A DNA stretch of 64,000 nucleotides from Candidatus Liptonbacteria bacterium (GCA_023244895.1 JAHFLL010000001.1:83630-147629); one strand, 5' to 3'. Shown: positions 1-9,453, numbered from the stretch's first letter. The notes: generated by a model not told the origin, from the letters alone. Made by a program: numbers and translations.

Positions 1-115
1 AGGCTAATCGCAAACAGGAGCAGGTTGTCGTTAGTAGGATTGCTGAATTTCTGAAATAATTAGTCGGTGGAGTTGTACTACATTAATAGAGTTTTCGTCG
101 TATAAAATAAAAACA

Positions 116-541
116 ATGAAAAAAATTATTATCGGAGCGGTGGTGGTAGTGATTTTGGCAATTGGCGCGTACGCGTATTTTCAAAAGCAGAGCAACAACA
201 ATAATCCGGTCAGCGTCCCCGGGAATGGGCCGGGCGTGGAAGTAGGTAGCGCCCCAATTCCCGGAATAGCAGACGGTTCGGTGCCAGGTAAGCCGACTCA
301 GACGGATACATATACTTTGTCGGAAGTGGCAGCTCATGCCACTAAGTCTGATTGTTATACCGCGATACGCGGTTCAGTCTATAATCTGACCTCTTGGATA
401 AGCCAGCATCCGGGCGGAGCGAAGGCGATTGAGGGGTTGTGTGGGAAGGATGGAACGGATGCTTTTGTAAAACAGCACGGCGGGAAGAGTAAGCCGGAAG
501 AGACTTTGGCTGGGTTCAAGGTGGGGAAGATGGTGCAATAA
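116..541 (+). CDS. Membrane-anchored cytochrome b5-like heme/steroid-binding domain protein
   Basis: N-terminal hydrophobic helix; YTLSEVAAH..DCY..VYNLT.WISQHPGG..GKDGTDAF..QH matches the cytochrome b5 HPGG signature. Confidence 0.85.
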   Translation: MKKIIIGAVVVVILAIGAYAYFQKQSNNNNPVSVPGNGPGVEVGSAPIPGIADGSVPGKPTQTDTYTLSEVAAHATKSDCYTAIRGSVYNLTSWISQHPGGAKAIEGLCGKDGTDAFVKQHGGKSKPEETLAGFKVGKMVQ

Positions 542-542
542 A

Positions 543-582
543 TAGAAGTTAGAAGGTAGAATCTAGAAGATGGTAGAGTGGA
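543..582 (+). repeat. Heptamer tandem array (TAGAAGT-like) after stop codon
   Basis: tagaagt tagaagg tagaatc tagaaga. Confidence 0.75.
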
Positions 583-593
583 AAAAGAAATTT

Positions 594-621
594 AAGAATG
601 GCCCCGCCCGGGGCCATTCTT
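594..621 (+). terminator. Intrinsic terminator-like hairpin
   Basis: aagaatggcccc / ggggccattctt inverted repeat downstream of the cytochrome b5 gene. Confidence 0.7.
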
Positions 622-655
622 ATTATTGCGCACTATCTGATAGGGTACGGGACTT

Positions 656-687
656 GCCCCGTATCAATATTCATATTGGTACGGGGT
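656..687. repeat. REP-like palindrome (CCCCRYAYCAA...TTGGTRYGGGG family)
   Basis: gccccgtatcaatat / atattggtacggggt; related to the 3417-3488 element. Confidence 0.55.
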
Positions 688-696
688 TTATCCACA
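688..696 (+). promoter_or_regulatory. DnaA box
   Basis: Exact TTATCCACA, 30 nt upstream of TATAAT at 727-732. Confidence 0.6.
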
Positions 697-740
697 GGGT
701 GGGATGTTGTATGTCAATAAAAGAGTTATAATTGGGTCAG

Positions 741-934
741 ACCTTCGTCATCAAGCCAGGATGATGGGTGAAAATGCCCCAGCTTCGCAGCTCCGCTCAC
801 TTAGGCTGCAAGGGCATAACGCCCACCGTATTGAGGGCATCTTCATTCGTCCTTCTGGCTCTACATAGGGTAGTCAGCGTCCAACCGACTGCCCCCATCT
901 TCGAGTCCGAAGGCCATGCACATGCATGGCCTTC
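741..934 (+). ncRNA. Candidate structured ncRNA (long stem with two-hairpin tip) ending in a terminator-like hairpin
   Basis: TATAAT 727-732; agccaggatgatgggtgaaaatgccc pairs with gggcatcttcattcgtccttctggct including G-U pairs; terminal hairpin 909-934. Confidence 0.5.
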
Positions 935-1086
935 ACTCATTTTGATAATTATCCCCAGGGAGTTGTTGCGCGATAAACATTTTTAATTAAAATAATAAAT
1001 AGCCCTGCGGTAGTTTCGCCAGCTCCTATGCGAATGCTCGTCGCAGAGAGTTGGTAGAACCGTCAGGTACGTGGAGGATCAGGACC

Positions 1087-1170
1087 ATGCGTGCATTCAA
1101 GGTCGTCGCGAACACCGAATCCCCGCCGAACTTCCTGCTGAACCTCCTGAAGGACCAGAACGTCCGCTAG
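1087..1170 (+). CDS. Small peptide MRAFKVVANTESPPNFLLNLLKDQNVR (27 aa)
   Basis: GGAGGA and AGGA upstream of ATG, TAAAAT at 988-993, GC3-rich codons, downstream hairpins. Confidence 0.45.
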   Translation: MRAFKVVANTESPPNFLLNLLKDQNVR

Positions 1171-1370
1171 CGCCACCAGCATCGCGCGAAGGACAGGCCA
1201 CCGTGCTTGGGTGTCGATTGCCGACAGCCCAAAGATCAACTTGGAGGGGGAGGGCAGAGCTCTCCCCCGCATCACTTTGAGCCCTGGAAATGGGTCTTTT
1301 TTTATGCTAAAATTAGTGGCGTAAATAATGAGATAGGGCGAATTAACCCTAATTTTTTTCTTGTAAAAAT

Positions 1371-3407
1371 ATGGCCAAAAAAGAAGATAAGCCCAAAAAA
1401 GAAGCAGGATATACCGCTAAAGACATATACGTTCTGGAAGGCTTAGAGCCGGTCCGCAAGCGTCCGGGCATGTACATCGGTTCTACCGGTCCGGATGGAC
1501 TTCACCACCTGGTTTGGGAGGTGGTAGATAACTGTATTGACGAGGCGATGGGCGGGTATGCCAAAAACATTTCAGTGGAGTTAAACGCGGATGGTTCAGT
1601 AAGCGTGGTAGACGACGGACGCGGTATTCCGGTAGAGACCCATCATCAAACTAAGAAATCCGCGCTAGAAACAGTTCTTACTACGCTCCACGCGGGCGGT
1701 AAGTTTGGCGGAGATTCATATAAGGTATCGGGTGGATTGCACGGCGTAGGAGTTTCGGTTGTCAACGCATTATCGGAATGGTTGAGAGTGGAAGTCCGCC
1801 GCGACGGCGGTCTCTTTATGCAGGAATATAAACGAGGTGTACCGAAAGCCAAGGTTAAAAAAATAGCTTCGTCCAAATTAACTGGCACAACGGTAACCTT
1901 CTTGCCGGACAAGGAAATATTCGCCACCCTAGACTTGAGTCTGACTCGCATCTTGGAGCACTTGCGTCAGCAGGCGTATCTTACCAAGGGCGTGAGACTG
2001 AATATCGTGGACCGGCGAAATGAAACCCCGGACTATTACGGATTTTATTTTGAGGGGGGCGTGAAGTCCTTCGTGAAATATTTGGCGCGGGACGAAAAGC
2101 TTCTACAAGAAGAAATATTTTACGTTCAAAAAGAATACGAGAATATGGAGGTGGAGACGGCCTTCATATATGTAAACGATCTGGAAACACGCGAGTTAAG
2201 TTTTGCTAACAACATCTACACTCCGGACGGAGGCATGCACATTACCGGGTTCCGGTCGGCTCTGACACGTTCCGTTAACAACTATGCTCGGGCAGAGGGG
2301 TATCTAAAAGAAAAGGACGACAACCTGACCGCGGATGACGCGCGGGAGGGCATGGTAGCGGTTATCTCCATTAAACTTCCCGAGCCCCAGTTTGAGGGTC
2401 AGACCAAGGCGCGCCTAGGAACTCCGGGCGCGAGGACCGCGACCGAGAGCGTAGTTAACGAAGCTATCAAGGAGTTTATGGAGAAGCACCCTCAAGAGGC
2501 GCGACGGGTGGTAGAGAAGGTTATTTTAGCAGCCAAGGCACGTCTAGCAGCCAAGGCAGCCAAGGACACGGTTCTGCGCAAGGGAGCGTTAGAGGGTCTG
2601 ACTCTGCCGGGCAAATTGGCGGACTGCAGTTCCAAACAAGCGTCAGAATCCGAAATCTTCATCGTGGAGGGAGACTCTGCCGGTGGCTCGGCAAAAGCCG
2701 GACGCGATCGCAGAACGCAGGCCATCTTGCCGGTTAAGGGAAAAATTTTAAACGTGGAGAAGGCGCGTTTGGACAAAATGCTCGCGAATGTGGAAATACG
2801 TTCGCTAGTGGTGGCGCTCGGCACCGCTATTTCGGACAGCTTTGATATCACCAAGTTGCGTTATCATAAAATTATACTTATGAGCGATGCGGACGTAGAC
2901 GGCGCGCATATCCGCACCCTATTTTTGACGCTCTTCTATCGTTACTTCCCGCAGATAATTGAGGGGGGATATCTTTATATCGCGCAACCGCCTCTCTTCC
3001 GCTTGCAGAGGGGTAAGGACATTAGATACGCGTATGACGAAAAGGAAAAAGAAAAGGAATTGGCGGATATGAAAGTAGTTAAGTCTGGTGGGGGCAAGTC
3101 AGACAAAAAGGCATCCGCCTTACCAGAGGAGGAATTGGCCGAAGGAGAGTCGGCCGTAATAGCGAGCGAAGGAGGGGAGAAGGTTGGCGGAGTGAGCATC
3201 GCGCGCTACAAAGGTTTGGGAGAAATGAATCCGGACCAGCTCTGGGAGACCACCATGAACCCCGAAAAACGCATTTTAAAGCAGGTGCAAGTGGACGATG
3301 CGGTCAAGGCAGATAAGCTCTTTAATGTTCTAATGGGCGACGAGGTGGAGCCCAGGAAACAGTTCATTCAAGCCCATGCGGCGCACGTTCAAAATCTGGA
3401 TGTCTAA
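1371..3407 (+). CDS. gyrB: DNA gyrase subunit B
   Basis: VRKRPGMYIG, EVVDN, GGLHGVG, VEGDSAGG, DADVDG and RYKGLGEMN motifs. Confidence 0.96.
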   Translation: MAKKEDKPKKEAGYTAKDIYVLEGLEPVRKRPGMYIGSTGPDGLHHLVWEVVDNCIDEAMGGYAKNISVELNADGSVSVVDDGRGIPVETHHQTKKSALETVLTTLHAGGKFGGDSYKVSGGLHGVGVSVVNALSEWLRVEVRRDGGLFMQEYKRGVPKAKVKKIASSKLTGTTVTFLPDKEIFATLDLSLTRILEHLRQQAYLTKGVRLNIVDRRNETPDYYGFYFEGGVKSFVKYLARDEKLLQEEIFYVQKEYENMEVETAFIYVNDLETRELSFANNIYTPDGGMHITGFRSALTRSVNNYARAEGYLKEKDDNLTADDAREGMVAVISIKLPEPQFEGQTKARLGTPGARTATESVVNEAIKEFMEKHPQEARRVVEKVILAAKARLAAKAAKDTVLRKGALEGLTLPGKLADCSSKQASESEIFIVEGDSAGGSAKAGRDRRTQAILPVKGKILNVEKARLDKMLANVEIRSLVVALGTAISDSFDITKLRYHKIILMSDADVDGAHIRTLFLTLFYRYFPQIIEGGYLYIAQPPLFRLQRGKDIRYAYDEKEKEKELADMKVVKSGGGKSDKKASALPEEELAEGESAVIASEGGEKVGGVSIARYKGLGEMNPDQLWETTMNPEKRILKQVQVDDAVKADKLFNVLMGDEVEPRKQFIQAHAAHVQNLDV

Positions 3408-3409
3408 GA

Positions 3410-3491
3410 GGGGTTGACCCCCACACCAAACAAGCCATTTTCTTATATTTAAGAAGGGTGGATTTTATGGCTTATTTGGTGTGGGGGTTGA
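3410..3491. repeat. 22-bp inverted repeat flanked by GGGGTTGA direct repeats
   Basis: acccccacaccaaacaagccat (3417-3438) / atggcttatttggtgtgggggt (3467-3488). Confidence 0.7.
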
Positions 3492-3589
3492 TTTTATTTA
3501 GAAATACTGGCAGAATAGGAGCACAGGTTGATTAGAGATAGGCGGATAGCCTATTATTTTGTTGGTATCAGTGCAATTTCTAAACATAA

Positions 3590-3781
3590 ATGAATAAAAT
3601 AACGGGGAGAATAAAGATGTTTCTACTGGAGGCGCGCCAGGAGTTTAAGCACGTAAACTGGCCAACCCGGCAGGAAGCCACTCATTTAACTCTTATAGTC
3701 ATCGGCATCTCTCTGGGAGTTGCAGTGTTTATGGCCTTTTTTGACTACCTCTTTTCCTACGGCTTAAAAGCCATTATTTAA
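3590..3781 (+). CDS. secE: Preprotein translocase subunit SecE
   Basis: EFKHVNWPTR plus one TM helix; upstream of nusG. Confidence 0.93.
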   Translation: MNKITGRIKMFLLEARQEFKHVNWPTRQEATHLTLIVIGISLGVAVFMAFFDYLFSYGLKAII

Positions 3782-3791
3782 ATAAAATAAA

Positions 3792-4352
3792 ATGATTAAA
3801 GGAACGCAGCGCAAAGAACTAACCGGTGCTCGATGCTGGTATGCGATTCATACCTATTCCGGCTACGAAGAAGCGGTGGCCCGTTATCTGAAGCAACGCG
3901 TGGAGTCCTTGTCCATGGAGGACAAGATTTTTAATGTTATCGTTCCCAAGGAAAAGAAGATAAAAGTTAAAAGCGGACGGCGCACGACCATTGAGGAGAA
4001 AATTTATCCGGGATACGTTTTAGTGGATATGATTTTAGCGGAAGACTCCTGGTACGTAGTCAGGAACACTCCGCGCGTGACAGGCTTCGTAGGCGCCGAC
4101 AATACCACGCCCACGCCATTATCCAAAGAAGAAATAGATTCTCTTTTGAGCCGCATGGGCAGAGATGAAACCAAGTTTAATGTGGACTTGCGCGCGGGAG
4201 ATCTGGTTAAGATAGTGGACGGTCCGTTCAAGGACTATGACGGTAAAATCGCGGAAGTGGACGAGGAGAAGGGCAGAGTTAAGGTTATGGTACCCGTTTT
4301 CGGTCGAGACACGGCGGTGGATCTGGACTCCTTGCAGGTTAAGAAAATCTAG
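3792..4352 (+). CDS. nusG: Transcription factor NusG
   Basis: WYAIHTYSGYE, YPGYVLV, KOW motif GDLVKIVDGPF, FGR. Confidence 0.97.
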   Translation: MIKGTQRKELTGARCWYAIHTYSGYEEAVARYLKQRVESLSMEDKIFNVIVPKEKKIKVKSGRRTTIEEKIYPGYVLVDMILAEDSWYVVRNTPRVTGFVGADNTTPTPLSKEEIDSLLSRMGRDETKFNVDLRAGDLVKIVDGPFKDYDGKIAEVDEEKGRVKVMVPVFGRDTAVDLDSLQVKKI

Positions 4353-4355
4353 TAG

Positions 4356-4456
4356 CGACCCGAATACCACAAATTACACACGAATTATCCGAATCCTTGC
4401 ATTTTAGCCTTATAGAGATTAGTATTTGGGTCATTCGGGTAAATTCGTAGATTGGG
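4356..4456. repeat. Inverted pair of CGAAT/ATTCG arrays
   Basis: cccgaat..cacgaat..ccgaat followed by attcggg..attcgtagattggg; same family at 57914-58018 and 60461-60549. Confidence 0.6.
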
Positions 4457-4466
4457 ATTAAATAAT

Positions 4467-4889
4467 ATGGCAAAAGAAATCAAAACAGTATTAAAAATTC
4501 AGTTAAACGCGGGCAAAGCTAATCCGGCTCCTCCGGTTGGCACCGCACTCGGTCCGCATGGCGTGAATATCGCCGACTTTTGCAAGCAATTCAACGATGC
4601 TACCAAGGACATGATAGGGGATGTGGTCCCGGCGGAAATCACGATTTATGCCGACCGCAGTTTCACCTTCAAGCTCAAGACCCCGCCCGTTTCCGCGCTC
4701 CTAAAGCAGATGGCCAAAGTTGATAAGGGCGCGGCCAATCCCTTAAAGGCCAAGGTTGGTAAAGTTTCTAAGGCTCAGGTTAAGGAGATTGCGGAGAGAA
4801 AGATGATTGATCTCAATACGGAGGACATAGAAGCGGCCATGAGAATAGTGGAGGGGACCGCTAGAAGTATGGGAATTACCGTGGAGTAG
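4467..4889 (+). CDS. rplK: 50S ribosomal protein L11
   Basis: [28 protein letters not shown]. Confidence 0.97.
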   Translation: MAKEIKTVLKIQLNAGKANPAPPVGTALGPHGVNIADFCKQFNDATKDMIGDVVPAEITIYADRSFTFKLKTPPVSALLKQMAKVDKGAANPLKAKVGKVSKAQVKEIAERKMIDLNTEDIEAAMRIVEGTARSMGITVE

Positions 4890-4914
4890 CACTCAGGAAT
4901 TGCAACTAAGATAA

Positions 4915-4942
4915 CCAAAAACCGCCCTGGGGCGGTTTTTGG
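4915..4942. terminator. Bidirectional intrinsic terminator
   Basis: ccaaaaaccgccc / gggcggtttttgg. Confidence 0.8.
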
Positions 4943-4967
4943 ATTAATGGCGTTCTTGTCTGCTAGC

Positions 4968-5204
4968 TTAATCCGGCCAGCGATCTAGCATTTCTGATAA
5001 GTCGCCTAGCGCTATTCTGGCGTTCTTTTTCCCATCCGGAGAACCGTTCTCCAATGCTCCAAGAGCGAGGCTTAGTCGAGCTTGAATATGGGGTAGCTCT
5101 GCTTTCATGGCGTCTCGTAACTCTTCTGGGGTTGGGCCTGGCGCGGTTTGTTGCAGGACCTCAGGATTGTCGGGTCCGGATGGCGGCATTTCTTTTCCGG
5201 TCAT
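4968..5204 (-). CDS. Hypothetical protein
   Basis: 78-aa ORF filling the intergenic gap, A-rich upstream, converges on a terminator. Confidence 0.55.
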   Translation of the reverse strand: MTGKEMPPSGPDNPEVLQQTAPGPTPEELRDAMKAELPHIQARLSLALGALENGSPDGKKNARIALGDLSEMLDRWPD

Positions 5205-5327
5205 TATTCTTTCTTTTGCTTTTTTAGTAGGGAGACCTTTTATTTATTCCTAATATACCAAATACCGTAAAAAACAGCGAGCTTGCGTTTTTTATGAACT
5301 GGACCCTCCATGTTAGAATAACTCCCA

Positions 5328-6011
5328 ATGAAGAAGGGTAGATTTATCGTAATAGACGGTACGGACGGTTCCGGCAAGGCGACCCAGCTCAAAGAGCTGG
5401 CCAAGCATCTGCATCGGGCAGGGCAGAGAGTAAAAACTTTTGACTTCCCGCAATACGGCAAAGAGTCGTCCTATTTCGTGCGACAATATCTGAATGGTAA
5501 ATATGGAAATTCCGAAGAAGTTGGTCCGTATCGCGCATCTATTTTTTACGCTATGGACAGATTTGACGTGGGCGAGCAAATAAAGAATTGGCTCAGCAAG
5601 GGATACTGCGTAATTTCTAATCGTTATGTTTCCGCGAATATGGGCCATCAGGGCGGGAAGATAAAAAGTATTTCGGCGCAGAGAAAATATTTTCGCTGGC
5701 TGTATGATTTCGAATACGGTCTTTTGGAAATACCCAAGCCCGACCTAACGGTAATTTTGCATGTTACACCGGAGGTCTCCCAGATGTTAGTGGATAAGAA
5801 AGGCAATCGTGCTTATATAGGTGGAACCAAGCGCGATATTCACGAAGCGGACTTGGGTCATCTAAAAGGCGCGGAGCAAACCTATTTACGTATCGGAAAG
5901 ACATTCCCTAAGGATTTCAAGATAGTGGAGTGTATAAAGTCCGGTAAATTACTCAGTATTCCTGAGGTGGCGCTTAAAGTTTGGCAAACCGTCCAACCTG
6001 TGCTGAAATAG
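5328..6011 (+). CDS. tmk: Thymidylate kinase
   Basis: FIVIDGTDGSGKAT P-loop, FPQY, DR, NRY, PKPDL. Confidence 0.92.
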   Translation: MKKGRFIVIDGTDGSGKATQLKELAKHLHRAGQRVKTFDFPQYGKESSYFVRQYLNGKYGNSEEVGPYRASIFYAMDRFDVGEQIKNWLSKGYCVISNRYVSANMGHQGGKIKSISAQRKYFRWLYDFEYGLLEIPKPDLTVILHVTPEVSQMLVDKKGNRAYIGGTKRDIHEADLGHLKGAEQTYLRIGKTFPKDFKIVECIKSGKLLSIPEVALKVWQTVQPVLK

Positions 6012-6015
6012 GAAT

Positions 6016-6471
6016 ATGACAGGCATTCCCAAAAGAGTAGGAGCTGGTTGTGGAGTGGTATTGTTGCGAGACGGCAAAGTGCTTCTGGGCCACCGGCATG
6101 AGGATCCGGAAAAAGCTCAGAGCGCGCTCCACGGCGAAGGAACTTGGTCTATTCCCGGAGGAAAGTTCGATTTTGGAGATACTTTAGGAGGTGGGGCCGT
6201 GAGGGAAGTTGCAGAAGAAACCGGTATAGAGATTAGCACTAAAGATCTGAAGGTGGTCAGCATTTCCAGCGAGCGGGTGCCGGATGCGCACTTTATTACC
6301 CTAGGATTTGTATGCGAGAATTTTAAGGGTGAGCCGAAAATAATGGAACCGGAGGAAATAACGGAGTGGCGCTGGTTCGATATTCATGATTTGCCTGAGC
6401 CGATGTTTTTTCCGGCAAAAAAAGTAATCAATAATTATCTCTCTGGCAAGATGTATAATTTAGACGAATAA
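6016..6471 (+). CDS. NUDIX hydrolase
   Basis: PGGK...AVREVAEETG Nudix box. Confidence 0.92.
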   Translation: MTGIPKRVGAGCGVVLLRDGKVLLGHRHEDPEKAQSALHGEGTWSIPGGKFDFGDTLGGGAVREVAEETGIEISTKDLKVVSISSERVPDAHFITLGFVCENFKGEPKIMEPEEITEWRWFDIHDLPEPMFFPAKKVINNYLSGKMYNLDE

Positions 6472-6472
6472 T

Positions 6473-7915
6473 ATGAAATACCAACCCACAATCGGATTAG
6501 AAATCCACTGCATCTTGCGAACACAGACCAAGATGTTTTGCGACTGCCCCAACGAGCCGGAGGAAAAGGAGCCCAACCGCAACACCTGCCCAGTTTGTCT
6601 GGGCCATCCCGGTACCTTGCCTACTATAAATCGCAAAGCGGTAGAGTCCGTTATCCGGGTGGGTCTGGCGCTTCAGGGTAAGATAAATCCGATTTGTAAG
6701 TTTGACCGTAAGAATTATTTTTATCCCGATTTGCCGAAGGGTTATCAAATTTCCCAATACGATCAGCCGCTAGTTCTGGGCGGCGAGCTGAATGGTATCC
6801 GCTTGCGCAGAATACATTTAGAAGAAGATGCGGCCAGGCTGCTGCATGAGATCTCCGGCCAAACCAAAAAGGGCGAGGCGAGTTTTGTGGATTTTAACCG
6901 CGCGAGCGTGCCCTTGATGGAGCTTGTGACTGAACCGGATTTAAGGAGCGCGGAAGAGACGGTAGAATTCGCGCGTGAGCTCCAAAGGATTTTGCGATAT
7001 TTGAAAGTATCGGACGCGGACATGGAGAAGGGGCATTTGCGCATTGAGGCAAATGTTAGTTTGAATATGGGTCCTAAGGTTGAGCTTAAAAATATTAACT
7101 CCTTTAAGGCGGTCGGTTCCGCGATTGCGTATGAACTGAAGAGGCAGGAGGAAGTTCTGGAGGGTGGAGGAACGGTCGCGCATGAGACACGCGGTTGGGA
7201 CGAAGTGAACCAGAAGAGCGTAAGTCAGCGTAGCAAGGAAGAAGCACAAGACTACCGTTATTTCCCGGAGCCGGATTTACCGCCATTTGAGACGGAGATT
7301 TTCAGCCCGGAAGAACTTCGTGGAGCCTTGCCGGAGTTGCCAGCCATGAAGCGTACCCGTTTCGCAAAAGAGTTCGGTTTGAGTCCCGACCAGGTCGCGC
7401 TCTTGGTGGACGACTTGGAACTATCGGAATATTTTGAAGAATGTTTAAGCGAGCTTGCCACGCGGGATGAATCAGCCTCGTCTACGGTTGAAAAGAGCAG
7501 TACCGTTTTACTCTTTAATTATTTAACTAGCGACCTGGCTGGCCTCTTGGCGGAAGGGGGCATAACTATCCGCAAATCCAAAGTCAAACCGGAACACCTG
7601 GCTCACTTAGTGGATTTAATCGTGGATGGAAAAATAATGAGCCGCCAAGCTAAAGATATTTTGAAGAAAGTTTTTGAAACCGGCACTGACCCGGAAGACG
7701 TTATGAAAGACGAGGGACTGGAGACCGTTTCGGATAACTCCGAGCTGGAAAAAGCGATTAAAGAAGTTATATATGAAAACCCGAAAGCGGTGGAAGATTT
7801 GCGCGCGGGCAAGGAGGCAAGCATGCAGTTCTTGATAGGAAAGTGTATGGGTAAGCTTCGCGGGCGGGGCAATCCGGCGACCATAAAAGAAGTTATAAGC
7901 AAAATTATTAAATAA
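6473..7915 (+). CDS. gatB: Asp-tRNA(Asn)/Glu-tRNA(Gln) amidotransferase subunit B
   Basis: IGLEIH, FDRKNYFYPDLPKGYQISQ, HLEEDA, DYRYFPEPDLP. Confidence 0.97.
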   Translation: MKYQPTIGLEIHCILRTQTKMFCDCPNEPEEKEPNRNTCPVCLGHPGTLPTINRKAVESVIRVGLALQGKINPICKFDRKNYFYPDLPKGYQISQYDQPLVLGGELNGIRLRRIHLEEDAARLLHEISGQTKKGEASFVDFNRASVPLMELVTEPDLRSAEETVEFARELQRILRYLKVSDADMEKGHLRIEANVSLNMGPKVELKNINSFKAVGSAIAYELKRQEEVLEGGGTVAHETRGWDEVNQKSVSQRSKEEAQDYRYFPEPDLPPFETEIFSPEELRGALPELPAMKRTRFAKEFGLSPDQVALLVDDLELSEYFEECLSELATRDESASSTVEKSSTVLLFNYLTSDLAGLLAEGGITIRKSKVKPEHLAHLVDLIVDGKIMSRQAKDILKKVFETGTDPEDVMKDEGLETVSDNSELEKAIKEVIYENPKAVEDLRAGKEASMQFLIGKCMGKLRGRGNPATIKEVISKIIK

Positions 7916-9159
7916 TGAGCCCAGAAACTCCACCCCTCCCAGACGATCCGCCCAAGGACGCCTCTATCCCCAGGCGAACCTCTAGGGAAAATCCGAAACA
8001 AGAAGAAATCGGGTTGGAACATCTAGCGGTGGGTCCAGGTCAAGAAGATTCTGCCAGGCAGTTGGAAGTTATTTCCGGTTTTCGTTTTCGGGATGAGCGA
8101 GACAGGCAACAATTCACGTCTTTTATGGAGTCGCTGGCTCAGGCCCTAGAGACGTATTTATCGCACAACAATGCGGAGCCGTTGGCCGGGATAGACGACA
8201 CTATTTTGCGCGCAGTTTTGCTGGCAGAACCAAACGAACCGGCTCAAAGGCAGAAAATTTCGATTGAAGAAGCATTCGTAAGAATCCAAAAAAATATTAC
8301 CGAATATCTAATAAGTCATCCCCGTCAGATTCAAATCAGTTCTGGAGTTATCTCAGACCAATTAATTCTGCGGATTAAGGGCATGGAATCTATGGTCAAT
8401 TTTTTACATTTGCGCTCCGCCGAGCCTCTACCCGAAGATTGTCGCCGTACTTTTTACACCCAAACCAGGCTGGATGCCAGATTCAGCGTTGACGTAATAG
8501 AAGTGATTGAGCAAAACCAAGGTGGTCAATTAGAGATTCCGGAACTGAATCTTATTCAGGTCAAATCATCCGAACCCACAGATAGGGGCGTGAGCGATAT
8601 CCAGAAGGACCATGACATAGTTTGGCGAGAACTTTGGGGAGATGTGGAAAACGCTAATCAGGCAGTCGCGGAGGCATTCAGGTTAAGTCCAGACCAACTG
8701 GGCAAAAGGGTGGAGGGGCTACTTTGGATCTGCGCCGAGCTTCAGGCCGGGGGCAGTCCCAAAAATTTCCTTGACTCATTGACCGCTGAAATAATAAATT
8801 CGGCCGAACAGTATGGTGTAAACCCAGACTATCTAAGGCAGGCTAGCCCAGCCTTGCGCGCCAAAAGAATCACTCCCATATTGAGGATGTTTTTGAAATC
8901 CTTGGGGGAGAGATTTGATAAAGCATTTGTAGTATTAGATCAGATGTCCAAGAAACCAGAGGGCGTTCCCCCGCAGCAACCGTTTTTTGTGCGCAATCCG
9001 GCAGTAGCAAGAATTAAGGATGTGAATTCTTTGGTTGTTGTTGGAGAGCGGAGCGGTTCGTATCACATAGCGGCGAAGGAAGTCATTACTTCTGGCCAGT
9101 CCGGTAAGGCGTTAGTTTTGCGGTCGCGTCGGATTGACCCGGGAAATAAAAAGAGGTAA
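7915..9159 (+). CDS. Hypothetical protein
   Basis: 414-aa ORF overlapping the gatB stop; Pro/acidic N-terminus; no recognised family. Confidence 0.7.
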   Translation: MSPETPPLPDDPPKDASIPRRTSRENPKQEEIGLEHLAVGPGQEDSARQLEVISGFRFRDERDRQQFTSFMESLAQALETYLSHNNAEPLAGIDDTILRAVLLAEPNEPAQRQKISIEEAFVRIQKNITEYLISHPRQIQISSGVISDQLILRIKGMESMVNFLHLRSAEPLPEDCRRTFYTQTRLDARFSVDVIEVIEQNQGGQLEIPELNLIQVKSSEPTDRGVSDIQKDHDIVWRELWGDVENANQAVAEAFRLSPDQLGKRVEGLLWICAELQAGGSPKNFLDSLTAEIINSAEQYGVNPDYLRQASPALRAKRITPILRMFLKSLGERFDKAFVVLDQMSKKPEGVPPQQPFFVRNPAVARIKDVNSLVVVGERSGSYHIAAKEVITSGQSGKALVLRSRRIDPGNKKR

Positions 9160-9171
9160 AAAATAGAAAGC

Positions 9172-9453
9172 ATGAGCAAGGAGCATGCACCCATGGGGAA
9201 CAACCCGATCGACGTCTTGCTGCGTGAGCACGGCCTCGAACCGTTGCCTGGCGCTGGCAGAGAGGGGCTGTACGTGGCTCCGTTTGACGAGCACGCGTGG
9301 GAAGTCGCCACGGCGACATTCAAGAACGCCATCGGTAATGCGTCGGATCAGGCGGCCATCGCCGAGCTGATGGAACAGGCGATTCGGCTGTACGTGGAGC
9401 TCGTCGGACAGAACACGCGAGCGCCCGCCGAGGAGCCAAGACGATGCGCGTAG
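9172..9453 (+). CDS. Hypothetical protein (GC-rich orphan)
   Basis: 93-aa ORF with GC3-rich codons followed by the hairpin gtggccgca/tgcggccac. Confidence 0.6.
   Translation: MSKEHAPMGNNPIDVLLREHGLEPLPGAGREGLYVAPFDEHAWEVATATFKNAIGNASDQAAIAELMEQAIRLYVELVGQNTRAPAEEPRRCA

Noticed and set aside
1-59. 3' end of an upstream CDS (ANRKQEQVVVSRIAEFLK*)
   Set aside because: Too short and truncated by the window edge to call
768-986. 72-aa ORF
   Set aside because: It runs through a terminator-like hairpin and the next promoter; base pairing explains the region better
640-1000. oriC upstream of gyrB
   Set aside because: Only two DnaA boxes, no dnaA or dnaN and no clear unwinding element; a promoter role fits better
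3070-3200. Low-complexity insert in the GyrB tail as an intein
   Set aside because: Short, with no Cys/Ser start or His-Asn end, at a position known to vary in GyrB
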